64,000 bases of DNA from an uncultured Gemmatimonadales bacterium (GTDB lineage Bacteria > Gemmatimonadota > Gemmatimonadetes > Gemmatimonadales > Gemmatimonadaceae). The notes beneath the pieces were generated by a model that was given only the letters and a program-made list of their open reading frames with translations, searched no databases and had not been told where the DNA came from. The translations under genes and the position numbers were made by a program. The stretch is from the NCBI GenBank assembly GCA_963850905.1, contig CAWKMU010000003.1, positions 640,001-704,000 on the forward strand. The letters run 5' to 3'. Positions within the stretch are counted from its first letter, which is position 1. Every line of letters begins with the position of its first letter. Below, one piece after another: positions 29,896-39,062 of this stretch.

Positions 29896-29960
29896 ACGCC
29901 GTCACATTGACGCTCGCCCGCTCGCGTTCCACGCGACTCCTCAACGAGGATCCCGACACG

Positions 29961-30428
29961 TCAGTGGCGTCGCAGGTCATCCGACGGATTCAAGAATGTG
30001 AGGTCGGTGGGACCGATGCCGCTGATCTGGATCTCGTACCCGTCGGACCTGGCGTACTGGAAGTGGCTCAACTTCGCGGGGAGATAAATGACACTTCCCT
30101 TCGGGTAGGCCTGGAGCTTGGCCTCGTCGAATGCATCCCCGTAGCCAATGTAGAGCGTGCCGGAGAGGACCGTATAGATGCGATCCTCCGGATGCGTGTG
30201 CGGCATCACCTTGAGCCCTGCCGGAGACCGGAGACGCGTGACGTAGAGACCGGCCTTGGTCGGGTCTCCATAAACCACGGCACGCATGGCGCCCGTGGGT
30301 AGCGCGGGATGTTGGGTCCATTTGATCTCGTCAGGCCGGACGGATTGAACTCCCTGGGCCTGCATCGGCTGGACGCCCGCCGCAAGCACCGTGGCGATCA
30401 AGGCCGTGACGAAGGTTGTACGGGACAT
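29961..30428 (-). CDS. Secreted cupin domain protein
   Basis: Signal peptide, PHTHPEDRIYTVLSG, LSHF. Confidence 0.85.
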   Translation of the reverse strand: MSRTTFVTALIATVLAAGVQPMQAQGVQSVRPDEIKWTQHPALPTGAMRAVVYGDPTKAGLYVTRLRSPAGLKVMPHTHPEDRIYTVLSGTLYIGYGDAFDEAKLQAYPKGSVIYLPAKLSHFQYARSDGYEIQISGIGPTDLTFLNPSDDLRRH

Positions 30429-30598
30429 TGGTCTTTCTCCCGGGATTGTGGTAGGGCAATTAGTTTTGCCGCGCTCACCAGCCATGTTGAGATCCTCCAA
30501 AATTGTCGTCAAGGGTCGGCAAGCCAGTACATTCGTAGCGGCTTACAATGTCCCGTGCGTTGCCCTGCCACCATCAGCTCGCATAGGAGCGTGTCCGC

Positions 30599-31519
30599 AT
30601 GAGCGCTTTGGTCGGCGTCATCTGGGTTTTGCTCGTGGTCCTGGGCGTGGGCTTCGTGGGGCGATGGTGGGCGATTGTGCGCCAGCAGCGCACCGAGGCC
30701 GGCGCCGAAGGTGCGGGCGCGACGCCGAGCGCGCCACCGGGAGCGCTGTACACCATTGGTTTCGTCACCAACCTCTTCGACACCCTCGGGATCGGGTCAT
30801 TTGCCACGACGACAGCGGCTTACCGCCTCGGCGGCTTGGTTCCGGATGAGGATATCCCCGGCACACTGAACGTCGGGCACACACTACCCGTGATCACGCA
30901 AGCGGTCATCTTCATCGCCGCAGTCAAGGTCGAGCCGGTGACGCTCATCGCGATGATCATTTCCGCCACCCTCGGCGCCCGCATCGGGGCCGGCATCGTG
31001 GCCCGCCTGCCACGCCGCACGATTCAGTGGGCCATGGGCGCGGCCCTTCTCATTGCTGCCGCGGTGATCCTTGGGCGAAGCCTCCATCTCTTGCCCGGCG
31101 GCGGCGATTTACTCGGCCTGACGGGCGCTACACTCGCCCTCGCCGTAGCGGGCAACTTCGTTCTTGGCAGTTTGAACATGGTTGGGATCGGGCTGTACGC
31201 GCCCTGTCTCACACTCGTCAGTCTCCTCGGCATGAATCCGGTCGCCGCGTTCCCGATCATGATGGGATCCTGCGCGTTTCTGATGCCGATCGGCAGCCTC
31301 CCTTTCGTTCGCGCGCGCAGGTACGACCGACGTGCGGCGATCGGCCTTGCCGTGGGAGGAATTCCCGCGGTGCTGATTGCGGCTTTCTTCATTAAATCAC
31401 TGCCGCTCACCGTCTTGAATTGGCTCGTCTTCGCCGTCGTACTGTATACGTCGGCGACGCTGCTCTGGTCTGCTTGGCGGACCCCCGCGACCGCGGCTGC
31501 GGCGGCGACGGTCACCTAA
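30599..31519 (+). CDS. TSUP (TauE/SafE) family membrane transporter
   Basis: FDTLGIGSFATTTA, PGTLNVGH, AFPIMMGSCAFL. Confidence 0.85.
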   Translation: MSALVGVIWVLLVVLGVGFVGRWWAIVRQQRTEAGAEGAGATPSAPPGALYTIGFVTNLFDTLGIGSFATTTAAYRLGGLVPDEDIPGTLNVGHTLPVITQAVIFIAAVKVEPVTLIAMIISATLGARIGAGIVARLPRRTIQWAMGAALLIAAAVILGRSLHLLPGGGDLLGLTGATLALAVAGNFVLGSLNMVGIGLYAPCLTLVSLLGMNPVAAFPIMMGSCAFLMPIGSLPFVRARRYDRRAAIGLAVGGIPAVLIAAFFIKSLPLTVLNWLVFAVVLYTSATLLWSAWRTPATAAAAATVT

Positions 31520-31681
31520 GCCGCATGGCTGGACGCAGCAGAAGTGTCGAGGAGATGACGCCGGACACTTCTATTGCGCTGACCAAGAATCGGCGACCGA
31601 GCGCACAGGCCCGCCAGCCCCGTTGGCCTCGCCGGAGCGTGCGCCGTAGCTTCCACCATTCTCATCCAGGCGGCATCGCTC

Positions 31682-34345
31682 GTGGCATCGTCGGATGCAC
31701 AGGACCAACTACAGACAGCACTCGGGATGGCGTATACGCTCGAGCGGGAGGTGGGCCGGGGCGGCATGGCGACTGTGTACCTCGCCACCGACACCAAGCA
31801 CCACCGCCCCGTTGCCCTCAAGGTCCTCGACCCCGAGCTCGCCGCCTCCTTCGGGCCCGAGCGCTTCCGCCGCGAGATCGCCATCGCGTCCAAGCTGCAG
31901 CACCCGCACATCCTGACCGTCTTGGACTCCGGCGAGACGCCGAACGGCCAGCTCTGGTTCACGATGCCATACGTTGAGGGCGAATCGCTCCGTGCTCGTC
32001 TGACGCGAGAGAGGCAACTCGCGCTTGAAGACGCACTCCGGATCACGCGCGAAGTTGCCGATGCGCTCGAGTACGCACACCAGCAGGGGGTGATCCACCG
32101 CGACATCAAGCCTGAGAACATCCTGCTCTCGCGCAGTCATGCGCTCGTGGCGGACTTTGGCGTGGCTCGCACGCTCGTCGCAAGTGGGTCGCGGGCCGCG
32201 GGCGCGGGGCCGACCCTGACGGAGAGCGGTGTGGCGCTGGGGACGCCGATCTACATGAGTCCCGAGCAGGCCACTGGAGATCGCACGCTGGACGCGCGCA
32301 CCGACGTGTACGCGCTTGGCTGTGTGCTCTATGAGATGTTGGCCGGCGAGCCACCGTATAGCGGCGCCACGACGCAGGCGTTACTCGCCAAGCGGGTGAG
32401 CGGCGATATCCCGTCGGTGCGCCGGATCAGACCCGCGGTGCCGCCAGGCGTGGACGCGGCACTCACGAAGTCGCTCGCCCCCGTACCGGCCGACCGCTAC
32501 GCGACAGCCGCCGATTTCGCTCAGGCGATGGACGTGCCGACTGCGACGGCTCCCGCGTCGTCGCCCCGTCCGACTGGTCGGTTCCCGGTGCGCACCGCGG
32601 TGCTTGGTCTCGGGATCTGCATCGGTGCCGGACTCTTCTTTGCCTGGCGCCACGGCGAGCGCGGCGCCGCGTCAGCCGCCGAGGCGGGGCCGGTCGGCCT
32701 TGCCGTACTTCCCTTCGATACCGACGGCGACACGGCGAACGGCTACTTCGCTGACGGTATCACCGATGAGATCCGGAGCAAGCTATCCGCGCTTAGCGGA
32801 CTCCGGCTCATCGCTGCGTCCAGCTCAAACCAGTACCGCCACACGCCAAAGTCCGAGGACCAGATCAGCCGCGAGCTCGGCGTTCACTATTTGCTCACCG
32901 GGCACATTCAGTGGGAACAGAGTGCCAGCGGGATGCGTCGAGTCCGAGTGAGTCCGGAACTGGTCGAGGTCCGAGCCGGGGCCGTGCCGGAGACCAAGTG
33001 GCAGCAGTCGTACGACACGACGTTGGCCGACGTTTTCGAAGTGCAGACGGCGGTTGCGACACTGGTGGCTGACAAGCTGGGGCTGGTCCTCAGTTCACCG
33101 GCCCAGACGCAGCTCGCCGTCCGTCCCACACAGAACCTGGCGGCCTACGACGCGTACTTGCGTAGCATTGCGCTCAACGGGACCGACCCACTGACATTCC
33201 GACGGGCCCTTGCTGCCGCCGAGCAAGCCGTTGCCCTCGACTCGAGCTTTGCCGCAGCGTGGGCGCGCATATCGAGACTCCACACAGGCCTCTATGCAAA
33301 CACGGTCCCGACCCGGGCAGACGCCGACGCCGCGCGAGGAGCCGCCGATCGGGCCATTGTCCTCGCGCCTAAGGAGCCTGGAGGATATGTCGCGCGCGGT
33401 GCGTACAGTCTTATCGTCCAGAACGACGCCGTGGCTGCACGGACAGCGCTTGAAACCGCGCTCCGGCTCGCTCCCTCGTCATCTGAGGCGAACGGTGAAC
33501 TCGCGTTGGCCGAAGAGAGCAGCGGCCGCTGGGCAGAGGCCCTGGGCCATGCCCGTCAGGGGGCAGCACTCGATCCGCGCTCGGCGGACGCAGCGGGCCG
33601 CCTGAGTTTAGTGCTACTCTGGCTTCGCCGGTATCCGGAAGCCCGAGCCGAGGCCGAGCGCGGACTCACATTCGCGCCCGGGGATCTGGGCCTCATTTCG
33701 TATCGCGCTATCAGTCTGCTCGCCGAGGGCGACCTGAGTGGCGCTCGCGCCGGTCTGCAAGAGATTCCTCCCACGCTCGACCGATCTGCGCTCGTGGCCG
33801 ACATGGCCAGCGGCTGGGATCTCTCGTGGGCGCTAGATCCTTCCGACCGTGCACTGGTGTTGACACTCCCGCCCTCCGCCTTCGATAACGACCGTGGTTC
33901 GCGGGGGCTCACTCGCGCGCAGCTTTATTCGTTGGCCGGTGACACCGCAATGGCCCGTCGCTGCGCCGATTCGGCACGGGTGGCGTACGACACCGATCTC
34001 CAGGGCACACCGGATGCCCCCATGCGGCAGCTGCAGCGTGGACTGGCTCTCGCCTATCTCGGGCAGCGCGCGGCCGCAGTGCGGGACGGAGAGAACGGTT
34101 TTGCACTGGCCCAAGCGACCCATGACCAGTACTTCAATATCCCCTCGGCGAAACTATTGCTGGCACAAATCTACGTCAGGGTCGGCAATGATCCGCACGC
34201 GCTCGATGAACTCGAATCGCTGCTGGCGAAGCCGAACTACATGTCAGCCGCTTGGCTTCGGATCGACCCAACCTGGGCATCGCTCAGGGGCAACGCACGG
34301 TTCAAGCGCCTACTCGCCCAGCCACCGACGATAGCGGTCCCATAG
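31682..34345 (+). CDS. Hanks-type Ser/Thr kinase with TM segment, TolB-N-like domain and TPR ectodomain (paralog of 21751-24408)
   Basis: VGRGGMATVY, HRDIKPEN, DFG, YMSPEQ; LAVLPFD..YFADG; WLRIDPTW C-terminus. Confidence 0.93.
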   Translation: MASSDAQDQLQTALGMAYTLEREVGRGGMATVYLATDTKHHRPVALKVLDPELAASFGPERFRREIAIASKLQHPHILTVLDSGETPNGQLWFTMPYVEGESLRARLTRERQLALEDALRITREVADALEYAHQQGVIHRDIKPENILLSRSHALVADFGVARTLVASGSRAAGAGPTLTESGVALGTPIYMSPEQATGDRTLDARTDVYALGCVLYEMLAGEPPYSGATTQALLAKRVSGDIPSVRRIRPAVPPGVDAALTKSLAPVPADRYATAADFAQAMDVPTATAPASSPRPTGRFPVRTAVLGLGICIGAGLFFAWRHGERGAASAAEAGPVGLAVLPFDTDGDTANGYFADGITDEIRSKLSALSGLRLIAASSSNQYRHTPKSEDQISRELGVHYLLTGHIQWEQSASGMRRVRVSPELVEVRAGAVPETKWQQSYDTTLADVFEVQTAVATLVADKLGLVLSSPAQTQLAVRPTQNLAAYDAYLRSIALNGTDPLTFRRALAAAEQAVALDSSFAAAWARISRLHTGLYANTVPTRADADAARGAADRAIVLAPKEPGGYVARGAYSLIVQNDAVAARTALETALRLAPSSSEANGELALAEESSGRWAEALGHARQGAALDPRSADAAGRLSLVLLWLRRYPEARAEAERGLTFAPGDLGLISYRAISLLAEGDLSGARAGLQEIPPTLDRSALVADMASGWDLSWALDPSDRALVLTLPPSAFDNDRGSRGLTRAQLYSLAGDTAMARRCADSARVAYDTDLQGTPDAPMRQLQRGLALAYLGQRAAAVRDGENGFALAQATHDQYFNIPSAKLLLAQIYVRVGNDPHALDELESLLAKPNYMSAAWLRIDPTWASLRGNARFKRLLAQPPTIAVP

Positions 34346-35128
34346 GACCGAGTGGCGACGGGTGCCTGGACTGCGGCGCCCATTTCCCCGGCCACGTTTC
34401 TGGCCACATTGGCGCGCGACGTGGTGCAGATCAACGCAACGAGGCGCCGACGTGGACTCAGTCAGCGCCTCATTTTCATAGTGCAATGCAGCGCCGTGCA
34501 GACCGCGGGTCGCGCGACGCGACGGAAGCCTTCTAAGCCGACTAGAAGCCTTCGCCGCCCCCGCGTGCAAAACACGCCGGGTCAAGCGTCCTAGATGAAG
34601 ATGCGCATCAGCACCGACTTGCCATCCCTACCGTGCTTCGTTCGCGCCGGTGAAGCGACCCGAGCCGCTCAGTTTGGGCTGCATCGAAGCACAGCACTCC
34701 TACGACAGTTCCGCGCTTTCCTGGCCGCCGCTTTCGTGGCGACGACAGTCACAATGGCTCACGCGCAAAGCGTGGCGATGCCCGCGGTGCCACCGAGCTA
34801 CAATGGCCGCCTCGGCAACACCTACGGCCGATTTGGGGACAACGCCATCCGCGAAGCGCTCCGTGGCGAACGCTCACACGTCACTCGAGTGCTCGGCCAG
34901 CTGTCCAGATGCGGACAACACCGTGCCGGAAGCGGACACTCAAGCAAACGGATCGCCGGTTGCCGGTGTCGCATAACGCACAGCATGGCATAGGCTGCCA
35001 CGCCCTCGCACCAGCGACGCACGCGGCTCGGAACCTGGCAACGGCAGTCTTGGGCGGTCAGGGCGCGGGGGACGACACCACCCGGTCGAGGGGACTCGGA
35101 TGCGACACCACCTGCAAGACGCTTGCGT

Positions 35129-37573
35129 ATGAGACCCGCTGCGGCGTGGCTCGACAATGCGGGACGCGATCTCAAGGTCGCTGTCCGCGACCTCCTGAAA
35201 AATCCCGGATTCGGCGCGACTGCCGTTCTCACACTGGCTGGGGGGATCGGCGTAAGCGTGGCGATCTTCGCGTTCGTCGATGCGGCTCTCTTGGAGCCGC
35301 TCCCGTACGCGCATGCCAGCCGCCTCATGTCGGTGAATCAGAGCAACGCGACGTTCCCGCGCTGGCAAGTCTCGTATCCGGATTTTCTCGACTGGCAGCG
35401 GCTGAACAAGTCCTTTAGCTCGCTCGATGTCTACAACGGGACAGCCTACCTCCTGGGCACTCCCTCCGGCGCACAATCCGTCCAGGCGGAGCAGGTGAGC
35501 GGAGGCTTCTTCCGGACCCTCGGCGCGAATCCGATACTGGGCCGCGACTTCTCTCCAGGCGAGGACCGAGTGGACGGACCCAACGTCCTGCTGCTCAGTT
35601 ATCGCGCGTGGCTCGATCGCTTCGGCGGACAACCCAGTGCAATAGGTCGAGCCGTGGATCTGGACGGTTCAGCGTACACGATCATCGGTGTCCTGCCACG
35701 ATCCTTCGTCTTCGCGCCAGCCGGCAATGCGGAATTTTGGGTGCCCATCAACGTCCTCAGCCCGCACGAACACTCGCGGGATTTTTATTCGTTTTGGGGA
35801 ATCGGTAGGCTGCGTAATGGCGTGACGATTCCCTCTGCGCTGGCGGACATGAACGCCATTGCGCACGAGCTGCAGCACGAGTACGGCTTGACGGAGCGCA
35901 AGCTGAACGCTTCGATCGTTCCTCTCGCCGAGGTCATCGTCGGCGATGTCCGGCCAATCCTGTTGATTCTTCTGGGCGGCGCCGGGCTCCTTCTCCTGAT
36001 CGCCTGCGTGAACGTTGGCAGCTTGTTCCTTGTTCGTGCGGAGACCAGGAGGAGGGAGGTGGCGGTTAGGGGCGCACTGGGTGCCTCGCCAGCCCGTTTG
36101 GTGCAGCAATTCGTCACCGAGGGGCTCGTACTCGCCGCCGTTGGAACGTTGGCCGGTTTGGTCTCCGCTGCCGGAGTGATGCAGCTCTTGGCCGCTCTCG
36201 TCCCCAAGAACTTGGCGGCCAACATGCCGTTCCTCGGCGACGTAGGGTTGAATCTGCACACGTGCCTTTTTGCCGTGTCCATCGGCCTGCTTGCAGCATT
36301 GATAGCCACCGCCACGCCCATATTCCGGCTGTCGCTTCAGAAAGTGCGGGCCGGGCTTGCTGAAGGCGGCCGCGGTTCGGCGAGCCTGTTCTGGCAGCGG
36401 CTCGGATCGAACCTCGTCATTGTCGAGCTAGTAACAGCAGTGGTCCTCCTGACCGGCGCGGGACTTCTCAGTAAGAGCCTCTATCGTCTGCTGCATGTGC
36501 CCTTGGGGTTTGATCCGACCCACCTCGTCACGGCAGAGGTGACGGCCCCCGGCACCATTTACCAGACTGACACGCAGATCACTGCGCTCTACCAGGAGAT
36601 CGTGCGCCGCGTCTCAGCGTTGCCGGGCGTGCAATCGGCCGGTATGACGAGCGTGCTTCCCGCCGAATGCAATTGCGCCACTGATGCCATCCAGGTTGTC
36701 GGCAGACCGACCCCGAGCGAGCAGGATGAGGTTGACGAGCGCCACGTCACCGCGGGATATCTTCCCGCGCTCGGCGCCACCCTGGTTCGCGGCAGGTTCT
36801 TTACGGACAACGATGATGCGTCCAAGCCAGGCGTGGCCATCATCAATGAGGCGTTGGCGCGAAGGTATTTCCAGAACAGGAACCCGATTGGTCAGAGGAT
36901 CGCCAATACCGAAGGTGGGCGCCCGACGGTGTGGGAGATCGTCGGCGAAGTCGGAGATGTCCACGAAGTGCCGTTGGACGTTGCGACCTGGCCCGCGGAG
37001 TATTTCCCCATCGAGCAGACACATGACCGTAGCTTCAGTCTTGCTGTCCGCACACGGCAGGATCCCGACGCGTTGCTAGCATCTGTGCTAAGGACATTGC
37101 ATCAGATCAACGCGAACATCGCCGTCACGGACGAAGCGACGATGGACGACCGGATTGACGCTACGCAGACTGCGCTCCTGCATCGGTTCGCCGCGTGGTT
37201 GGTCGGAGGGTTTGCTGCGGCGGCGCTGGCTTTGGGTGTGATTGGATTGTACGGCACTATAGCGTATTCGGTGAGCCAGCGAACTCGGGAAATAGGAGTA
37301 CGCATCGCGCTCGGTGCTCAGCGCAGCGCCGTGTACGGTCTCGTACTGCGTCAGGCCGGATCACTCACGGGCATCGGTTTGGCCCTGGGACTCGTCTGTT
37401 CGGTGGGCGCGTCGCATCTCTTGCGCAGCCTGCTGTATGCCGTGCAGCCATGGGACGGACTGACACTGGGTTGTGTCGCGGCGCTGCTGGCTGTCGCTGC
37501 ACTGGCTGCGGCTTTCCTTCCCGCTCGGCGTGCCGTTGCCGTCGACCCCGTAGAAGCGCTCCGCGCCGAGTAG
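35129..37573 (+). CDS. Duplicated MacB/FtsX-type ABC permease (ADOP-like)
   Basis: KNPGF..TAVLTLA.GIG, LLIACVNV, RRREVAVRGALGA, QRTREIGVRIALGA, DPVEALRAE; no adjacent ATPase. Confidence 0.92.
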   Translation: MRPAAAWLDNAGRDLKVAVRDLLKNPGFGATAVLTLAGGIGVSVAIFAFVDAALLEPLPYAHASRLMSVNQSNATFPRWQVSYPDFLDWQRLNKSFSSLDVYNGTAYLLGTPSGAQSVQAEQVSGGFFRTLGANPILGRDFSPGEDRVDGPNVLLLSYRAWLDRFGGQPSAIGRAVDLDGSAYTIIGVLPRSFVFAPAGNAEFWVPINVLSPHEHSRDFYSFWGIGRLRNGVTIPSALADMNAIAHELQHEYGLTERKLNASIVPLAEVIVGDVRPILLILLGGAGLLLLIACVNVGSLFLVRAETRRREVAVRGALGASPARLVQQFVTEGLVLAAVGTLAGLVSAAGVMQLLAALVPKNLAANMPFLGDVGLNLHTCLFAVSIGLLAALIATATPIFRLSLQKVRAGLAEGGRGSASLFWQRLGSNLVIVELVTAVVLLTGAGLLSKSLYRLLHVPLGFDPTHLVTAEVTAPGTIYQTDTQITALYQEIVRRVSALPGVQSAGMTSVLPAECNCATDAIQVVGRPTPSEQDEVDERHVTAGYLPALGATLVRGRFFTDNDDASKPGVAIINEALARRYFQNRNPIGQRIANTEGGRPTVWEIVGEVGDVHEVPLDVATWPAEYFPIEQTHDRSFSLAVRTRQDPDALLASVLRTLHQINANIAVTDEATMDDRIDATQTALLHRFAAWLVGGFAAAALALGVIGLYGTIAYSVSQRTREIGVRIALGAQRSAVYGLVLRQAGSLTGIGLALGLVCSVGASHLLRSLLYAVQPWDGLTLGCVAALLAVAALAAAFLPARRAVAVDPVEALRAE

Positions 37574-37684
37574 CCGCGGTCCGGTGCGCCGCACGCGGCG
37601 CGCGCGTCGATGTGCCCCCCAACAATGGCACCGTGACGGCGGGGCGGCGAAGGACGGTGCTGCACGTGATCCTGCCCCGACCGG

Positions 37685-37709
37685 GTAGGGGCGACGCCAT
37701 GCGTCGCCC
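37685..37709 (+). repeat. GTAG-type REP palindrome
   Basis: GTAG-GGGCGACGC-CAT-GCGTCGCCC. Confidence 0.8.
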
Positions 37710-37827
37710 GTGGACTACGGCCCATTTCCGGTTACCGCGCGCGCGGTTCCATGGCGACATCGCGTGCCCCATTATGTACGTTTCGATCGAAGTCGCGTCG
37801 CGTGATCATGAACAGTCTCGAGGGACC

Positions 37828-38031
37828 GTGTCTCAAATCGCCTTTCCTTCGCTAGCGGGGCGCTGGCTCTGGTACGTCTGGGCAGTGATGGCCATCGTGG
37901 TGGTCGTGGGGTACTGGCATGTCCGGAGGACGCTGCGTAAACGCGAGCGGATCGCGGACGCCGCCGATGCTGACGCTCACAGACGAGCCGAGGCCAAGCA
38001 CCACAAGCGCAGGCCCGGCGAGATCGAGTAA
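37828..38031 (+). CDS. Small single-TM hypothetical protein
   Basis: GAGG RBS, GTG start, WLWYVWAVMAIVVVVGYW then charged tail. Confidence 0.55.
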   Translation: MSQIAFPSLAGRWLWYVWAVMAIVVVVGYWHVRRTLRKRERIADAADADAHRRAEAKHHKRRPGEIE

Positions 38032-38165
38032 GCAGCGCCCCGTCGGCCTTCAGGCCGAGGTCGCCCGCACGCCAAGGATCAACTGGCCAGGTAGGCTGTG
38101 ACCCGCGCCGTAGATCGTTCGAATACCGCGGTGAAAAAACCTCGAGGCAACGGGAGAGCGCATGC

Positions 38166-38357
38166 GTGACGATCAAGAACATCGGCGCCGAGCCTGTCAG
38201 TGAGGTGTTCATCTTCTCAGCGCCGGGTTTCGAAAATCACATGCGCTGCATATCGGTGTTGGCAACCGAAAAACCGACTCCCACCACAGCGGACGAGCTC
38301 AGACGCTGCGACCGCGCAGGGAGCGTTGTGTACGCCGGACGGGAGGAAAACCCATAA
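38166..38357 (+). pseudogene. C-terminal fragment of a cupin-type protein
   Basis: IKNIGAEPVSEVFIFSAPGFENHMR resembles cupin motif 2 and the following helix; no N-half. Confidence 0.5.
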
Positions 38358-38448
38358 CCCAACGTTCTCTCAGGTCCGACCTCCGAGGCTTCCACTGGCA
38401 CATGGCGTGCGGCCACGTTCGCATCAACTCGCAACCGTGGAGGCGTTG

Positions 38449-38883
38449 ATGTCGCCAAGCCCCAAAGGGCCCGCCATGAAGCTGGAGCTCGTGCCGATCC
38501 CGGTATCGGATGTGGATCGCGCCAAGGCGTTCTACGAGAAGGCCGGTTTCAAGCTCGAGGTTGATGTCCGACCGGCCGACGGCATGCGAGTCGTTCAGTT
38601 CACCCCCCCGGAATCCGCGTGCTCGATCGTGTTCGGGACGGGGATGCAAAAGATCAACGATATGCAACCCGGCTCGATCAAAGGCATTCATCTCGTCGTA
38701 GCAGACATCGCAGCGGCCCGCAATGCGCTCGCCACGCGAGGGATCGCCGTTGGCCCGGTGACGGACTTCAAGAGCGTGAAGTACGTGGAATTCAGCGATC
38801 CGGATGGGAATCTCTGGTTGCTTCAGGAATTCCCGCCGGCTATGAGAAGGCCAGGACAGAGCTTCTACGAGGCGGCGCGCTAG
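38449..38883 (+). CDS. VOC (glyoxalase) family protein
   Basis: GGAGG RBS; KLELVPIPVSDVDRAKAFY, FSDPDGNLWLLQE. Confidence 0.9.
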   Translation: MSPSPKGPAMKLELVPIPVSDVDRAKAFYEKAGFKLEVDVRPADGMRVVQFTPPESACSIVFGTGMQKINDMQPGSIKGIHLVVADIAAARNALATRGIAVGPVTDFKSVKYVEFSDPDGNLWLLQEFPPAMRRPGQSFYEAAR

Positions 38884-39062
38884 TCGCGCACCTCGTTCGC
38901 GCGTGCCGGCGCCCTGGGCCATCTCGCGCTCGTCGATCACGTCAGCGCCAGGGGATCCTACCGCGCACTGGCCGCTTGCGGGTAGGGGCCGTGCGCGTAG
39001 CCGAGGACGCGACCGGTCGGTATTGTACGCCGGCCCTGCTGTACCGATAGCACACGAGGAGC

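Noticed and set aside
34525..34541. tRNA-Arg(TCT) fragment CCTTCTAAGCCG
   Set aside because: Only about 12 nt resembling an anticodon arm, with no T-arm or D-arm; too short to support
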